Part shown: in pieces, positions 23,598-36,080 of the stretch
How positions within the stretch are numbered: position 1 is the first letter of the stretch
How the letters are laid out: every line of letters begins with the position of its first letter
Source of the DNA: Protoeuglena noctilucae
Lineage: Eukaryota
Assembly (NCBI GenBank): GCA_958009085.1
Contig: OY253669.1
Coordinates: forward strand, 1,550,001 to 1,614,000
Length of the DNA: 64,000 bases
Reading direction: 5' to 3'
Translations under genes and position numbers: made by a program
Notes under the pieces: generated by a model
Told to the model about the DNA's origin: nothing
The model's input: the letters and a program-made list of their open reading frames with translations, nothing else
The model's database searches: none

Positions 23598-26494
23598 TCA
23601 CAATCTCGGCCGGGCCTCGCCCACCAGGTGCTCCCGCAGCACCGCGTCCCAGGCCGGCCCCTCCTCGGTGTCGTTCAGCGGCGAGCTCTTTGCCGCCTCG
23701 TACAGCGCCCGGTAGACATCCCCGTCCTCCCTGCACATCAGCGTTCGCGCACACGCGTCAAAAGCACGTCTTGCGCGGCCTCCATCCATCCCCTGCCCCC
23801 CCCGGGCACTCGCACCACGCACCTGCCGATGGCAGAGTTGAGCAGGTAGTCCTCGTGGGCAAAAGAGTCCACCAGGGGCACCGCATCCGCGCGCACCTCG
23901 CGCACCAGCGCCTCCTGCATTGCGCACGGCGCGAGGTCAGCTCGCTTCCTGCTGCCAGCCACGCACAGAGAGCCAGAGTGCATCCCCAAATGGCACTCCT
24001 CTCCGCTCACCTCGCGCTCCACCAGCGCCGCTGCAGCGGGCCCCGTCACCAGCGCCGACGCCAGGAGCACCGCCAGGCTCTCACGGACCATGTCCGAGAC
24101 GAACAGGTGCGCCAGCCTCCCCAGCACATGCACGTTCGTGTCCGCAAGCGTCCCCCGCTGTCCCTCCACCGCCCGCAGGAAGGTCTCCGCGAGCACGACG
24201 CGGCAGTGGGCCTTGGCGGCGTCGATCAGCGACACCGTGTTGCCGTTCCACCGCGGCCCCTCCACGGTCGGCTCCGCACCCGCGCCGTCCCGCAGCCTCG
24301 CCACGGCCGACCGGGACGAAGCCGCCGATGCCGCCTGCAGCGCCCGCAGGAGGTCGCTGGGCGTGTCCAGCGGCAGCTGCCCCGTCCACTTGCTCGCGAA
24401 GTAGGCGCACTGCCCCCCTGGGGCCTTCCCCGCCTCCGCCCGGTGCATCTGCTTGACCAGGAAGCGCGCCATCTGCAGAGCCATCACGTTGTTGTCACCC
24501 TCCCACGTGCAGTTCTGCACGTACGAGGCCAGCAGCGTGGGGAGACCCGACAGCACGCTGTAGCCCTGCCCCCCGCAACACCGCCGGCACTCCTCAATCC
24601 CCTCTGCCGCCATCCAGGACGCCACGGCCTTCAGGCCGCTCGAAAGCGGGTGCAGCTGTGTGGATAAAGAGCACAGGGGCATTTGAGACGCCCCGGCGTG
24701 AAGTCTGATCCTGGGAGAGCAGGGCACCACGGCTGCACACATAATGGGGGGTTGGGCAGACCTCAACACCTCGGCACCCCGCTGCCGCACCTCGGGCAGT
24801 GCGCGGAAGTCGCCACGCTCCCGGTCGGCCTCGAAGCGGTGATACGCCGCCATCATGTCAGCGCCCATGAAGTGCAGCGCGTAGGCCGCAGCCAGGGTGC
24901 GCATCAGGGTCCACTGGGTGTTCTGGTAGTCCAGCACCTGGAGCTCCTTCTCGCCTGGCCGAGGAGCCGTCTGCCGCCGCACCGCGCAGTACCTGCAACG
25001 CATGACAGGTCCGCATGGCGCTATGCCGGGAGAACAGACACCATACCGACGACAATGATGCCACCGCTAAGCACGCTCCCAGGGCCCCTCACCTCACGGC
25101 AATGGTGAGCCCGCGTGATAGGTAGTGCCCTGCCCCCTCGACGATGGTGGCGCGGATGTACATCATCGTAGCATAGGACGCCCGGGCGTTGTCCGGCGGA
25201 GGGGGCACGTACTTTGCCGTCGCGCGTCACTTGCGAGTAGCGTGCCAGCAAGTGGCTTCGGGGGATGCGCACGTGGTTGAACCGCAGGAAACCGTTGTCC
25301 ACGCCGTTGTATCCCAGCTTGGGTCCGATGTCCCCTACCACGACGCCGGGCAGGGGCCGGTGCGTCTCCATGCACCGCAGCTGCATTACGAACGGGTGAG
25401 GGCCGTAGTCCTGCGGGGAGCGCGGTCGACATATGGTCAAGATGCGTGGGGAGCGTTGCTAACGCTGGCCACATTCACATTGAGACTTCGGCAGAGACAT
25501 GGTCGTGGACCATGGCATGACGACAGGTCAGGCACGCTCGCCTTCCCGTCAAGGACCAGGCGCGCCATGACCACCGCGTGCGTGGCCGTCTTGCCGAGGC
25601 CCCCGGGCCACCACTTGGTCGCCGTCAGCGTGGGCGAGTGCACGATGAACTCGTCCGTCTGGGCATCGAAGGTCGCGGTCGTCTCCAGGCCCCGGATGAA
25701 CGTCCCGTGCCCCAGCTCCGTCTGGGCGTACGTGCCAATCTCCTGGAAGCGGAGCGCCGGCCTGCGGGTGGCGGAAGGGACGTCGGGTCGCTCAGCCTAT
25801 GCCGGTCAGTGGGCCTGCAAGCTCCAGCCTCTTGCCACGCACCGCAAGAAGCGCTGCTTCTGCTCGTCGGTCGCCATCGACTGGATGGTGGGGATGTACA
25901 TGCCGAAGTGCAGCTCCAGCCCTCCGGGGAAGTCCAGGAGCTGGCGCAGGACGAGGCCATCATCCATGCTGAGTTTGTGCTCGCGCATGAGGCGCAGCAC
26001 GCCGAACCCACACGCCAGCGCCTGCACGTACGTCTCCGTGCGAGACATGAAGTAGCGAGGGAGCTTGGTCGCCCAGGGCTGCTGCTGGAGGAGCATGGAG
26101 AGGTAACGGCGGCGCTCGAGCTTCTCCTGCGAGCGACGGGGATCTCGGCCTGCCTTTCGTGACTCTCGGGGCGCAGAAGCGCGGTAGCACCGACAACATC
26201 GCAATCAGCACGCACCTTGCCCCCGTTCAGCAGGTGCGACATGGCTTCCACGTCGAAGGACGCCTTCTTTCGCTCGGCGAGGAGGTCCTCTCTTGGAGAC
26301 GAGCTGGCCGCGAGGATCAGCCGCGTCGCGGGGCCCTGCGCGCCGCGGAAGATAGATAACAGTCTGTTGCGACGTATGACGGTGGAACTGCGCACGCTCG
26401 CCCACGGGATTGCCCGGTGCACCTGAAGGTTGCGCGTGCGGGCGTCCACCGCATCGACGCTCTCCTGCCCCGCGTGATGCGGGAGGATCGTCAT
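23598..26494 (-). CDS. ACX: Peroxisomal acyl-CoA oxidase (ACX1-like), with an apparent 1-nt frameshift near 25214
   Basis: [83 protein letters not shown] and [10 protein letters not shown]. The C-terminus is a PTS1-type PRL*. Confidence 0.93.
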
Positions 26495-26842
26495 GACCGA
26501 CCTTTCTTGAACTCCTCGTCACAGGCAGAGTCTAAGAAACTGCTCGGAACGGACGAATGGCTGGCTGGAGCCCGCGCAGATGATCTCGATCGTCAGTCGC
26601 GCTACCTGTCCCTCAGCACCATCTGCACATGTGACTGCTGTGCTTTTTCTTGGGAACTCCTTACGGCCTTTTGACTTTCTCGGTGTCGCACGCCGCGGAA
26701 AGGGTAGGGTCCTGAGCGCGCCCTACCCGTCTTTCCGTCATCCTTCTCTAGCACGAAAGAAAGCCACCCGGGAAGTGCCATCTCGCAAAGTTCAGACGAC
26801 ACGTATCTGCTTGACGCCGCGATCGAGAGCATTGGGGCGCCC

Positions 26843-27938
26843 ATGTCGTCGCTGCGGGCGGGCTTTTTGCCACCTGCGGTGGCCGGGGTGCAGAAGCCCT
26901 GCGCGTCCTCGCGCGTTGCCTGTGCGTCAGTGAGCAGGAGGCATGTGATGCAGACGGTGGCGACGGTGACCGCCGGCATGGTGGCGCTCAGGTGATGTCG
27001 TGGCTGGGGGACAGCGGCTGGATTACCGGCCCCGAGCAGCGTTTTGGCAGATGGACTTGCCACCGACGCATGCGATCCGGATGCGTGATACCCATCGCGG
27101 TATGCAAGGTGGAATGTAAGATCAAACGCCCTCGCATCCTGCCGCAGGGACGTGCCCGCTGGTGCCGTGGCCCCGGCCGCTCCCGCGGGCCCCATCGTGT
27201 CGAGCCTCGTCTCCGCTGAGGTCGCGCAGGTATGTAAATAAACGAACCAATGCTCAGCAGCGTTGGCCTGCCCTGCGATGCGATACGCGCCACGCTAGCC
27301 CATCCCGCGCATGCTGCAGAAGATCGAGAGCGGTGAGCTCAAGCGGCAGCAGGGCCCTGACGGCCTTGAGTACGTGGACATTGTCGAGGGGAACGGCGCA
27401 ACTCCCCAAGTGGGTTTCCAGGTCGTCGCGAGCTACGTCGCCATGGTGCGTCCCTCGCCTGCCCAGAGAGTGCGGGCGCCTAGCTCCAAGTGAGGCTCCC
27501 CGCTCCCGCCAACCTCGCGCAATCCTCGTGCCGCAGACCAAGGAGGGCCGTGCCTTTGATGACTCGATCGACAAGAAGCAGCTCTACGACTTCCGGGTCG
27601 GGTCAGGCGCGGTCGTGCCCGGGTTGGACATTGGGATCCGCACCATGAAGTCGGGCGGTGAGCGCCGCACGCTGCCTTTGGACAGCGCGATTAGAGATTG
27701 CACGGTTACATTGGTTCTCTCAACACCTGCGTCCGTGCGTCCACACCAAGTCCCATCTCGTGCCCGATCCATGTCTTCTGCCTCATCAATCGCAGGGATC
27801 CGCCGTCTGTACATCCCTGGTAACCTCTCCTTCCCCAACGGCCTGCCGTCCGGGCCAGGGCGCCCCCGGGTGCCCCCGAACAGCCCGCTGATTTGGGACG
27901 TGCAGCTGCTGCTGGTCCCGGGCCTCGACGACGAGTGA
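26843..27938 (+). CDS. FKBP16-3: Thylakoid-lumen FKBP-type PPIase (FKBP16-3-like)
   Basis: Bipartite presequence with a twin-Arg (SRRHVM) and an A-G-A cleavage site. Then DGLEYVDIVEGNG, YDFRVGSGAVVPGLDIGI, RRLYIPGNLSFP and GRPRVPPNSPLIWDVQLLLVPGLDDE*. Confidence 0.9.
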
Positions 27939-28055
27939 TGGTTCTGGCGACGAGACTGGCGACAGGCTGCCGTGCGTGGCTTACCGCTGCAGCTGTAGCT
28001 GTTCAAACCTGCCTCCTGCACCTAGCACACGCATCCGCCACGTCATCCGCTGCTT

Positions 28056-31000
28056 TCACATGAAGTCAGCCGCCTTGGACCGACGCAGCAGCGCCGGGCT
28101 CACGGGCTTGAGCTTGCGGGCGGTCGGGGAAGGCGCTGCCTGGGCCTCGCTGCGCTTCTGCGAGGTCCAAAGAGGAAACTGGTTGCTCCCCTGTGCAGCA
28201 AGCCTCACTCTGCGGGCAGCCGCTCCCCCAGGCATCCCACGAGCGACATGCCACGCCATGCAACCACCGTCGCATTCCGCCGTGCCCGACCACCCAGCCC
28301 GGCGCTAGCTCACCATCTTGGCGGGAGCGGTGGCCGGCGCTGCCGGTGTGGCGCCCTTGGCCTTGCCAGCGCCCCCCGGCGGTGGAGTCGTGAGCACCGA
28401 CCGGACCTTGGCCTTGCCAGCGCCCCCCGGCGGTGGAGTCGTGAGCACCGACCGGACCTTGAGTGCCGGGCCCCTGGGCCTCGCCCGCGGCGGGGTCCTC
28501 ACTTCCGGGTCTGGGATCTTGTCCTTCACGTTGTGATATTAGTTCTTGTCCAGGCTGAACCGGACCCTCTGCGAGAGAAAGCAGTTGCCACGTCAAGATG
28601 ACCCTCGCTATACAAGAGGACACCAAGCAACGGAGAGAACTGCAGCGCCAGCATGCTTTCACTACACTCCTCGACTGCCGGCCCCGGACCCACCTTGGTC
28701 GTGCTCTCCGGGGTCCTCTCCGCGCCAGAGACGGCCGCAAAGCCCTGGGCCAGGAGGGCCGAGGCCTCCGGCCCCAGCGCCGCGCTTGGCCCCTTGGCTG
28801 GCCCCTTCGCCGCCCCGTTGGCCCCCCGCTGCGGCGTGACTGGACGCTTGGTGTGCTTCTTCGCCAAGAACGCCATCAACTGGCCGTTGCGCTCCATCTC
28901 CTGCATCTCCTCCCATTCGCCATTGCGCTTCATCTCTTGCAAACCCCGCTGGATAGCCGGAAGCTGCTCATGGGGGAGCGCCGCGGTCTTCCCAGGCTCC
29001 GGAGTCACCGACACCCGCCCTCCCTTGCCGTCCCTGTCCCTGCCCTTCCCCGCCACCGCCCCCGACCCCGCACCCTTCCCACCGCCCTCCTTCCCCGCAC
29101 CCCGCTTGCCAGGCGTGGCACCGTCCGCACTGCCCCGCCCATCCACCACAGCCGGCGACGCCCCGCCCTTGGCCCCCCGCACAGGCGCACCCTTCCCCGC
29201 CAACTTCGCTTTTTTGACGGGCCTCTCTGCCTCCCCACCCGAATCCTCGCCCCCACCCTCGCCCTCCCCCACAGCCCGCTTCCTCTTGCCTGCGCCCTTC
29301 CCAGCGCCCTTCCCGGCCCCTTGCAGCCCCGCCCCAGACTGAGGCTTCTCAGACACCCTTCTCTTCTTCCCACAACTGGGCTCCTCGTCGCCAGCCCCGT
29401 CGTCGCTCGACCCCTCCTCGCTCGCATCCCCCTTCAGCTCGCCCCGGTCGAACGCCCGGCGGAAATCCGCCGCGCTTGTCAACCGGAGACCTCCTGCATC
29501 CCCACCCTGGTCGCTGTCTGCATCCGATGACCCCTGCGACCCATCACTCCGACCCCCGCCCCCGACACCCCACTTGTCCCCCTCGTCCCCATCGCTCGTG
29601 CTCTCCGTCGCGTCGCCATCTCCATCGCTGTCCTCGAATATCGGATTCGTAATCCACGCCCTCCCTTCCTGCTCCTTCCCCACTCCCCCAGCCCCCGCAC
29701 CCTCCCCCGCCCTCCCAGCCCGCAGCCGTGGGGTCTCCACCTCCCCACTCCACCCGTCCCGGAACGCAAACTCCTCTCCGTCCTTCTCTTCCTCCTCGTC
29801 CCCTGCATCCTCGCTTGACTCTGACCCACTCGTACCCTCCTGTGAATCGTCGCCGTTTTGTTCCCCAGGCGAGGCTTCGTCTGCCCCAACCACGCCGCCT
29901 GCTCCCGGGTCGGCGAGGGGCCGGTCCAGGTCCGTCTCGACGCCCGCGACGTCCCCGAACTCCGACGCCCTCCTCTCGATCGCACGCTCCAGGGCCCCGT
30001 GCACGTCGAACAGCTCCCGCCTCGCGCTGCCGCTCACGTCCTCGCGCCCCGCGACGCCCAGCACCCACGCGGCCAGCTTCGGGACGCTCAGGTGCGCCAG
30101 GGCTCCGGAGGCGAGGTCCTCCGTGGTCGCATAGACCTCCGCAAGCCTGGGGAGCGCGATGAGCGATGGAGGGGTTTAGGCCGTCATTTGCAGCACCAGT
30201 GGGTGAACGCAGCACAAGAGATAGGGACTCGGCACCCAGATGGCGATGCGTTCCGCGCCTTACCTGCCAAACACGCCCTCCTTCACTTGCTCGACCAGTG
30301 CGCGACGGCTGGTCTTGGAAGTCAGCAGGGCGTCCACGAAGGGCTGCAGGGCGACTTCCCAGGCGCTCTCTGGCGGGGCTGCGTGTCACGTCAGGTCAGG
30401 ATGCCTCCGCTAAGCGAGCTGCTGGCTAGACTGCACGTCAATGCGTGCGCGTCCCCTGCCCTTACCGAGGTTGCCCGTGCACGCGGAGAGGAGCTCGTCG
30501 ACGAAGACGTCGCACACGTGGAAAGTGAGGGAGGGCGCCATCCACTCCTCCCGCATCACGACGAGCTCTTGGCCTAGGAAGGACGAGAGGGCCTCCGAGA
30601 AATCGTCGTCCCAGCCCTGGCGCGCGGCCACGACCAGCGCCGCGCGGATCAGCTTGCGCACGAGCATCAGGAACTTGTCCATCCGGAGGCGGTCTGCGAA
30701 AGCGAGGGCCCGCGGTTGGAGAAGGAGGCCCGGCAGCGCAAGGAGTGCTGCTGGGCGCCAGCACGCCCGGCGTGCGCTCACCGATGCCGAACCACTCCCT
30801 GCGCAGCGTCAACATCGCCACGCGGAAGTACTGCTCCGCGATGTGGGGCCTGCTGCTCAGGAAGTCGCGGCCGGTGGGGTGACCAGCCGCACCTTGCGCC
30901 CCAGGGCGCCTGGGACCCCTACGCGGAGTGCGCCGCTCTCACCTGACGTCCACCATGATGTTCGCGAGCTTCTCCGCCAAATCAGCCTGGACCGGGGCCG

Positions 31001-31441
31001 TGTCGCTGTGCCAGAAGCAGTAGAAGACCCCCTTCCAAATTTTCATCAAGTCGGCCTCGTCCACCGACGGCCTCGCGTTCAGGAAACGCACAAGGGCATC
31101 CACGCCCTGCTGCCGGGTCAGCGGATCGTTTGACCCCAGGGCCCGCGCGAACTTGCTGTTGCCTGCGTGGCGAGCGGCGGCTTGCGTGTGTCGCCGCGCC
31201 TTGGACCAGGGCGTCACCACCAGCCACGGCGCTCTCCTACTTTCAGGCACACAAGCAATGCGCGGCGCCCGTAACCGCGGGAAACGGGGGCGCCGCGCCG
31301 CCGGGATGCCGCACTCACGCCGCAGCGACGCGGGAACCAGCCGCAGAGCTCACCAGCATCGTCCTCGTTCACGCGCTCAATGACTTTCTGCTTGGCCTTC
31401 CTCCTGGCCTTCTTCTCCTCCTTCGACAGCGGCCCGGCCAT
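28056..31441 (-). CDS. RRP1: Ribosomal RNA processing protein RRP1/Nop52-like, with a long acidic/basic low-complexity tail
   Basis: FARALGSND, LMKIWKGVFYCFWHSD..PVQ, REWFGI|DRLRMDKFLMLVRK and FHVCDVFVDEL. The C-terminus is RSKAADFM*. Confidence 0.9.
28355..28461. repeat. Perfect 51-bp tandem duplication (two copies plus a partial) in an RRP1 exon, encoding KVRSVLTTPPPGGAGKA x2
   Basis: Unit ccttggccttgccagcgccccccggcggtggagtcgtgagcaccgaccgga at 28355-28405 and 28406-28456. Confidence 0.95.
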
Positions 31442-31751
31442 GGCGGCCAGCGCACTTGCACAAGCCGGCACGGTCCGTGCGACTGAGACGTCACCTGGGG
31501 CCAAGCGAGGCCACCAGACGCACACCGGATCCCAGTTGTCGAGACCAAGACACCGCCTGGCCGAAGGACCGCGCGAGCGATGAAGGGGCAGTTGCGCTGG
31601 CACGACGGCGGTGGTGTGCTGCAGTCGCGGTCGATCCCCAGTCGACCGTACCTGTTGCTGTTTGGTTCTGCGGGCCACACTGCGGACTCTGCCGCGTCAG
31701 GCAGTGGAGCCGCGGCGGTCAACCCGCGGCAGAGGCGCAAGGGACGCAACG

Positions 31752-34700
31752 ATGAAGGTCATCGCGCTCGTGAGCGGCGGGAAGGACTCCTGCTTCAGCA
31801 TGATGGAGTGCATCAGGTGCTTTTCTAGACTCAGCACTCACATCGCGCGGCTTCTCCGGAATCGGTGCAGGGGCCGTCGCGAGGTGCTTGCCGAAGGCCG
31901 CCTCGCGTCGCTTGTGCCCCCGACGCCCGTTCCGCCCGCTTCATCGCGCAGGTTCGGCCACGAGATCGTGTGCCTCGCGAATCTGCTGCCGGCGCAGGAC
32001 GAGGACCGCGACATCGACTCGTGGATGTACCAGACGGTCGGGCACGGCCTGCTCGGCGCCTACGCGGCATGCACTGGCCTGCCCCTCCTGCGGCGGCGCA
32101 TCCGGGGCGCCTCCGTGCGTCGCGAGATGGCCTACGAGCCCACGGAGGGTGACGAGGTCGAGGACCTGCACGTGCTTCTGCGCCACGCGTTGCGCCTCTT
32201 CCCCGACGCCAAGGCCGTGTGTTCCGGGGCCATCGCCAGCGACTACCAGCGGCTGCGCGTCGAGCAGGTGTGCGCGAGACTGGGCCTCGTGTCCCTCGCG
32301 TACCTGTGGCGCCGGCCCCAGGTGGCCCTTCTGCGCGACATCGTGGAGGCGGGGGTGCATGCGGTCCTCTTCAAGACGGCAGCCATGGGCCTCTCTCCCA
32401 CAAAGCACCTGGGGAAGACGCTTGCTGAGGCTGAGGCGGACCTGTACCGCCTGCGGAAAGGTGCGCACTTGTCAACATGGCGTCGCGCCCTTGTACGCTG
32501 CTGCAACGTTCAGGTAGCCGTAGCGATGGGCTTGGACTGCTTGCCGCCCCCGGTCGCAGAGTACGGCAACAACGTATGCGGAGAGGGTGGGGAGTTCGAG
32601 ACGCTGGTTCTCGACGCCCCAGTGTTCCCTCTCGCCAAGCTGAGGGTGCAGCGGAGCGCGACGGTCCTGCACTCGCCGGACCCCGTCTGCCCCGTCGGGC
32701 TGCTGCACGTCGAGGAATATGAAGTGGTGCCCAAGGCAGGTGCCGGGGGGCACGCCGAGGGCGGAGGGGCAGCCGGCAGTGGCCAGGATGCACCCAGGGG
32801 GGGTGCGGTGGTGTGGGTGGAGGGCGAGGAGGGTGAGGTGGGAGACGGAGGGCAGAGCGGGAAGCCCGGGTCGGAAGCGAACGATAACGAGGGAGTTCCC
32901 GCTCCTCATTTCCGGTGCGCGTTGAGGCATGGGGCCGGGGGTGGCATCGTGCACGCCTCAGCAACGGTGTGGTGCGAGGGCGACCGTGGAGGCGAGGGCG
33001 AGGAGGGCAAGGAAGTCGTCGGCGGTGTTTCCCTTGCTAGTGCTAAGCAGTGCTTGCCATCGGAGGACGTGGCAAAGGCGGTGCAGTGTGCGCTGGAGGC
33101 GCTTCGTGGGCTCTTGTCAGGAACATGGACGGGAGCACCGGCATGGCCAGAGGGGCAGGGAGAGCCTCCTGCTGCTGCTGAAAGCACTGCAGGGGGACCA
33201 CAGGACACTGCGGGTCCACTGAGCCAGGCGGGGCTGCTCCACGTGTACCTTAGGGACATGGCCGCGTTCGGGGCAGCGAACGAGGCGTATGTGCGCGTGC
33301 TTCCGCTGAGGAACCCGCCGTCGCGGGCCTGCGTGCAGCCTGCGCTAAAGGCTCTCGACATGGCGAGGTCCTTGCCTGACCAGGTGAGCTGTTGGCATTA
33401 CCAATGGCAACCCAGGCATCGTCACGAGGTGAGGGCACGTGGGACAGGGGCACTGTCACAGGGCCATGACGCGCGCAGCGACGGGTGCATGGACAGGAGA
33501 CGAGCATGTTAGGCGACCGCTAGTGCTTGCGAAGCCCCCTGCATTGACGTCTGGCGCCCATCTCCGCCCGCAGGCAGGCGGCGAGGGTGTCGACCTGCTC
33601 GCGTGCTGCCAGGTCGATGTCATCCTCTGCGCCGCGTCCGTCGATCCGCGTTCCGACGCCGCGGCGCCGGGCTCTCATTCGTGGTCCCCAGAGGATCGCG
33701 TGGTGGAGCATGTGCAGAGCATCTCCACATGGGCTCCGGCATGCATTGGGCCCTACTCCCAGGCCACTGCTCTCGGTGAATGCCGCCTGCGAGCTGCAGT
33801 CAGAGCTAACAGCGTCTGGTAGCGTCCGGCATCGCCCCGGCTGCTCACCGGTCGAGCTGCGGCTGTGCTGCATGTCGGCCCACTTCAACGATTACTCCGA
33901 CTCCCCAACTGCCTCGCAGGTCCCTTGGTCCACTTCGCCGGGCAGATCGGCCTCGACCCGCCCACCATGACCCTCGTGGACGCCCAGCATCGCCGGCCTT
34001 CTGCCGCTTGGCTCCGCGCCGCCACTGCAGCCGCTGCCGGGGACGTCCCACCACCAGATGAGACACCGCCAGAGTCCCTGTCCAGCGAGGCGACCTCCGC
34101 ACAGACGCAGGCGCAGATGCTGGTGGAGCTGGAGCGGTGCTTGCTCAGTTGCCACGCGGTGGCGCTGGGTGCATCGGCGCCCTTGGAGCAATCGATGCTG
34201 TGGTGCACGGTGTACCATACGGGTGCCGAGGTCGACATGAGAGGAGTGCTGAGCATTGGTGAAGCGGATGACATGAGAGGTGCACTGAGCAGTGGCACAA
34301 GTGGACTCGAGTGTCATCCAGCGTGGGACGTGGCAGCGGTGCTGAGGGGTGCGGTGCGCACGCTGATGCGTGGCAACGTGGCATCGCTGTCGGAGATGAG
34401 TCCGCTGGACAGTTACCGGCAGTGGCGGCGGAGGGAGAGCGAGGGGGGTGACAGCGAGCAGGTGAGGTCGACAGCATGGGGACAGCTGGGCTCGTACCTG
34501 TGTTGATGTCTGGCTGGGATGCGATGGTTGCCGGCCGGGCTTGGGTTTCAGTAGCATTGTGTCGTTGCCGTGCTGCAGTCGAGTGATGAGGAGGCAGAGT
34601 GCCTGGGGGGGAGCGGGGCGAAGTGGGCGACGGCGGGGGCGGGGGCGGGTCCCGCGCAGGCGATGGAGGACGACCGGGTGAGTGGCATCGCACAGGTGCT

Positions 34701-35771
34701 GCTGGGTTAGCCCTGCAGTTGCTTCAGGAGAAACACACGAAGAGATGCCGGGACTACTACTCCATCATGCCTCGCCGCAGAGGTGGCGCTTGATGGAGGA
34801 GCTGGGGATCGAATCTGACAGGGAGGAGTTCTGGCGAGCGCAGGAATCACAGGCGAGGGCCAGGCCTGAGCACGTCGTGGGTGATGCACGTCAGACTCTC
34901 TTCACTACTTCGGCACGTTGCTTTTGAGGTTGCTAGCCGACGGCTAACCCTCAGCAGTCGGTGCAGCAAAGGCGGCCCTGTTCACTTCCCTTCCGCAGCG
35001 CTCCAGGTCATGGAGGCCCCTGGAGATCTGGGTGCGGTGCAAGGGGCTTCCCAGGGGCGCCAGGGTCGAGGTGCAGCCCGTGTCTGCCAACCTGCCGCTC
35101 TTGCGTCGGCTCATGGCCGAACAACGTGACTCACACAGGTGCCATGCGGTGGGCGCGGTGCAGTGCAGGTCGTTGGATGTTCTTTGTGCATTATCACTGC
35201 TCTCTCTTTGCGCTTTTGCAGCGCACTGCCACCCTTGTCGCACCTCGCACACCAGCACATTGACCCACCTGAGGACCATGCTCTGGGTGGCCCCTCCCGC
35301 AGCCCGCGTGGGAGTTCGTCTGGCCCCGGCTTCCTGCACGACGTGGTCTTCGCGGATGGCGCATTCGAGTCCTGCGGGCTCCGGCTGCACGTGCAGAGCC
35401 TGGCGTGCCGTGCGGCGGGCGAGGGCTCTGGGCTGGTGAAGGTGCACGTGGGCATAGAGGGCCTCGCGGTGCAAGGCGAGTCGCATCCGGTGGCGCAAGT
35501 GGAGGCGCCGCTGCAGGCGGCCATGGCAGCTGTGCGGGGAGTGGGTCTGGATGTAGAGAACGTGCTGCTTGTGCGGTGGTACGCCTGCGTGCCGCGTCAC
35601 CAAGCAGGGTCTCTGGGGTGGCTCCAGCGCACGGCTAGCGCTTGGGTCTCTGGCCACAGCGACTGCCGGGCGTCTGTTGTGGTTGTCCCGGTGATGGGTG
35701 CAGCGCTGGGGCCCGACAGTACCACCGGGGACGTTGTGGAGGTGCTGGCCCTGGGACCTGCCTCGCAGTGA
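31752..35771 (+). CDS. DPH6: Diphthine-ammonia ligase with C-terminal RidA/YjgF-like domains
   Basis: MKVIALVSGGKDSC, DSWMYQTVG, GDEVEDL, SGAIASDYQRLRVE, NVCGEGGEFETLVLDAP, HVQSISTWAPACIGPYSQA, AGQIGLDP and LPRGARVE. Confidence 0.93.
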
Positions 35772-36080
35772 CCATGACTTTTGACATGGCAACGATGTTC
35801 AGCGATGAGTGTTGCAATTGACGGACATTCAGCCAGTTGCGTGCCAGCACCTCTTGGCCGAGCAGAGTTGGTGCGCTTGAATGAATGCTATGACCCGTTG
35901 CCGCACGAGCCACACTCCATCTAGCTCGGACCAGGAAACAAGGCCACAGCAGCTTGACACTGTGCGTCACCCGCAGCCGCGCGAGCGCCCTTGCACGGAC
36001 CCGCTGGCTCCATGACAGGTCCCCGCCCAGCGTGGGCAGAGGAACGTCGATGAGACGCAAAGGCCCTCTCTCTGCCGGCT

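Noticed and set aside
28355..28461. Direct repeats as a possible CRISPR array
   Set aside because: The copies are contiguous with no spacers, lie inside a eukaryotic exon and have no cas genes nearby.
33200..35100. RidA/YjgF-like domains fused to DPH6 as a novel fusion
   Set aside because: This architecture is already known for fungal and plant Dph6.
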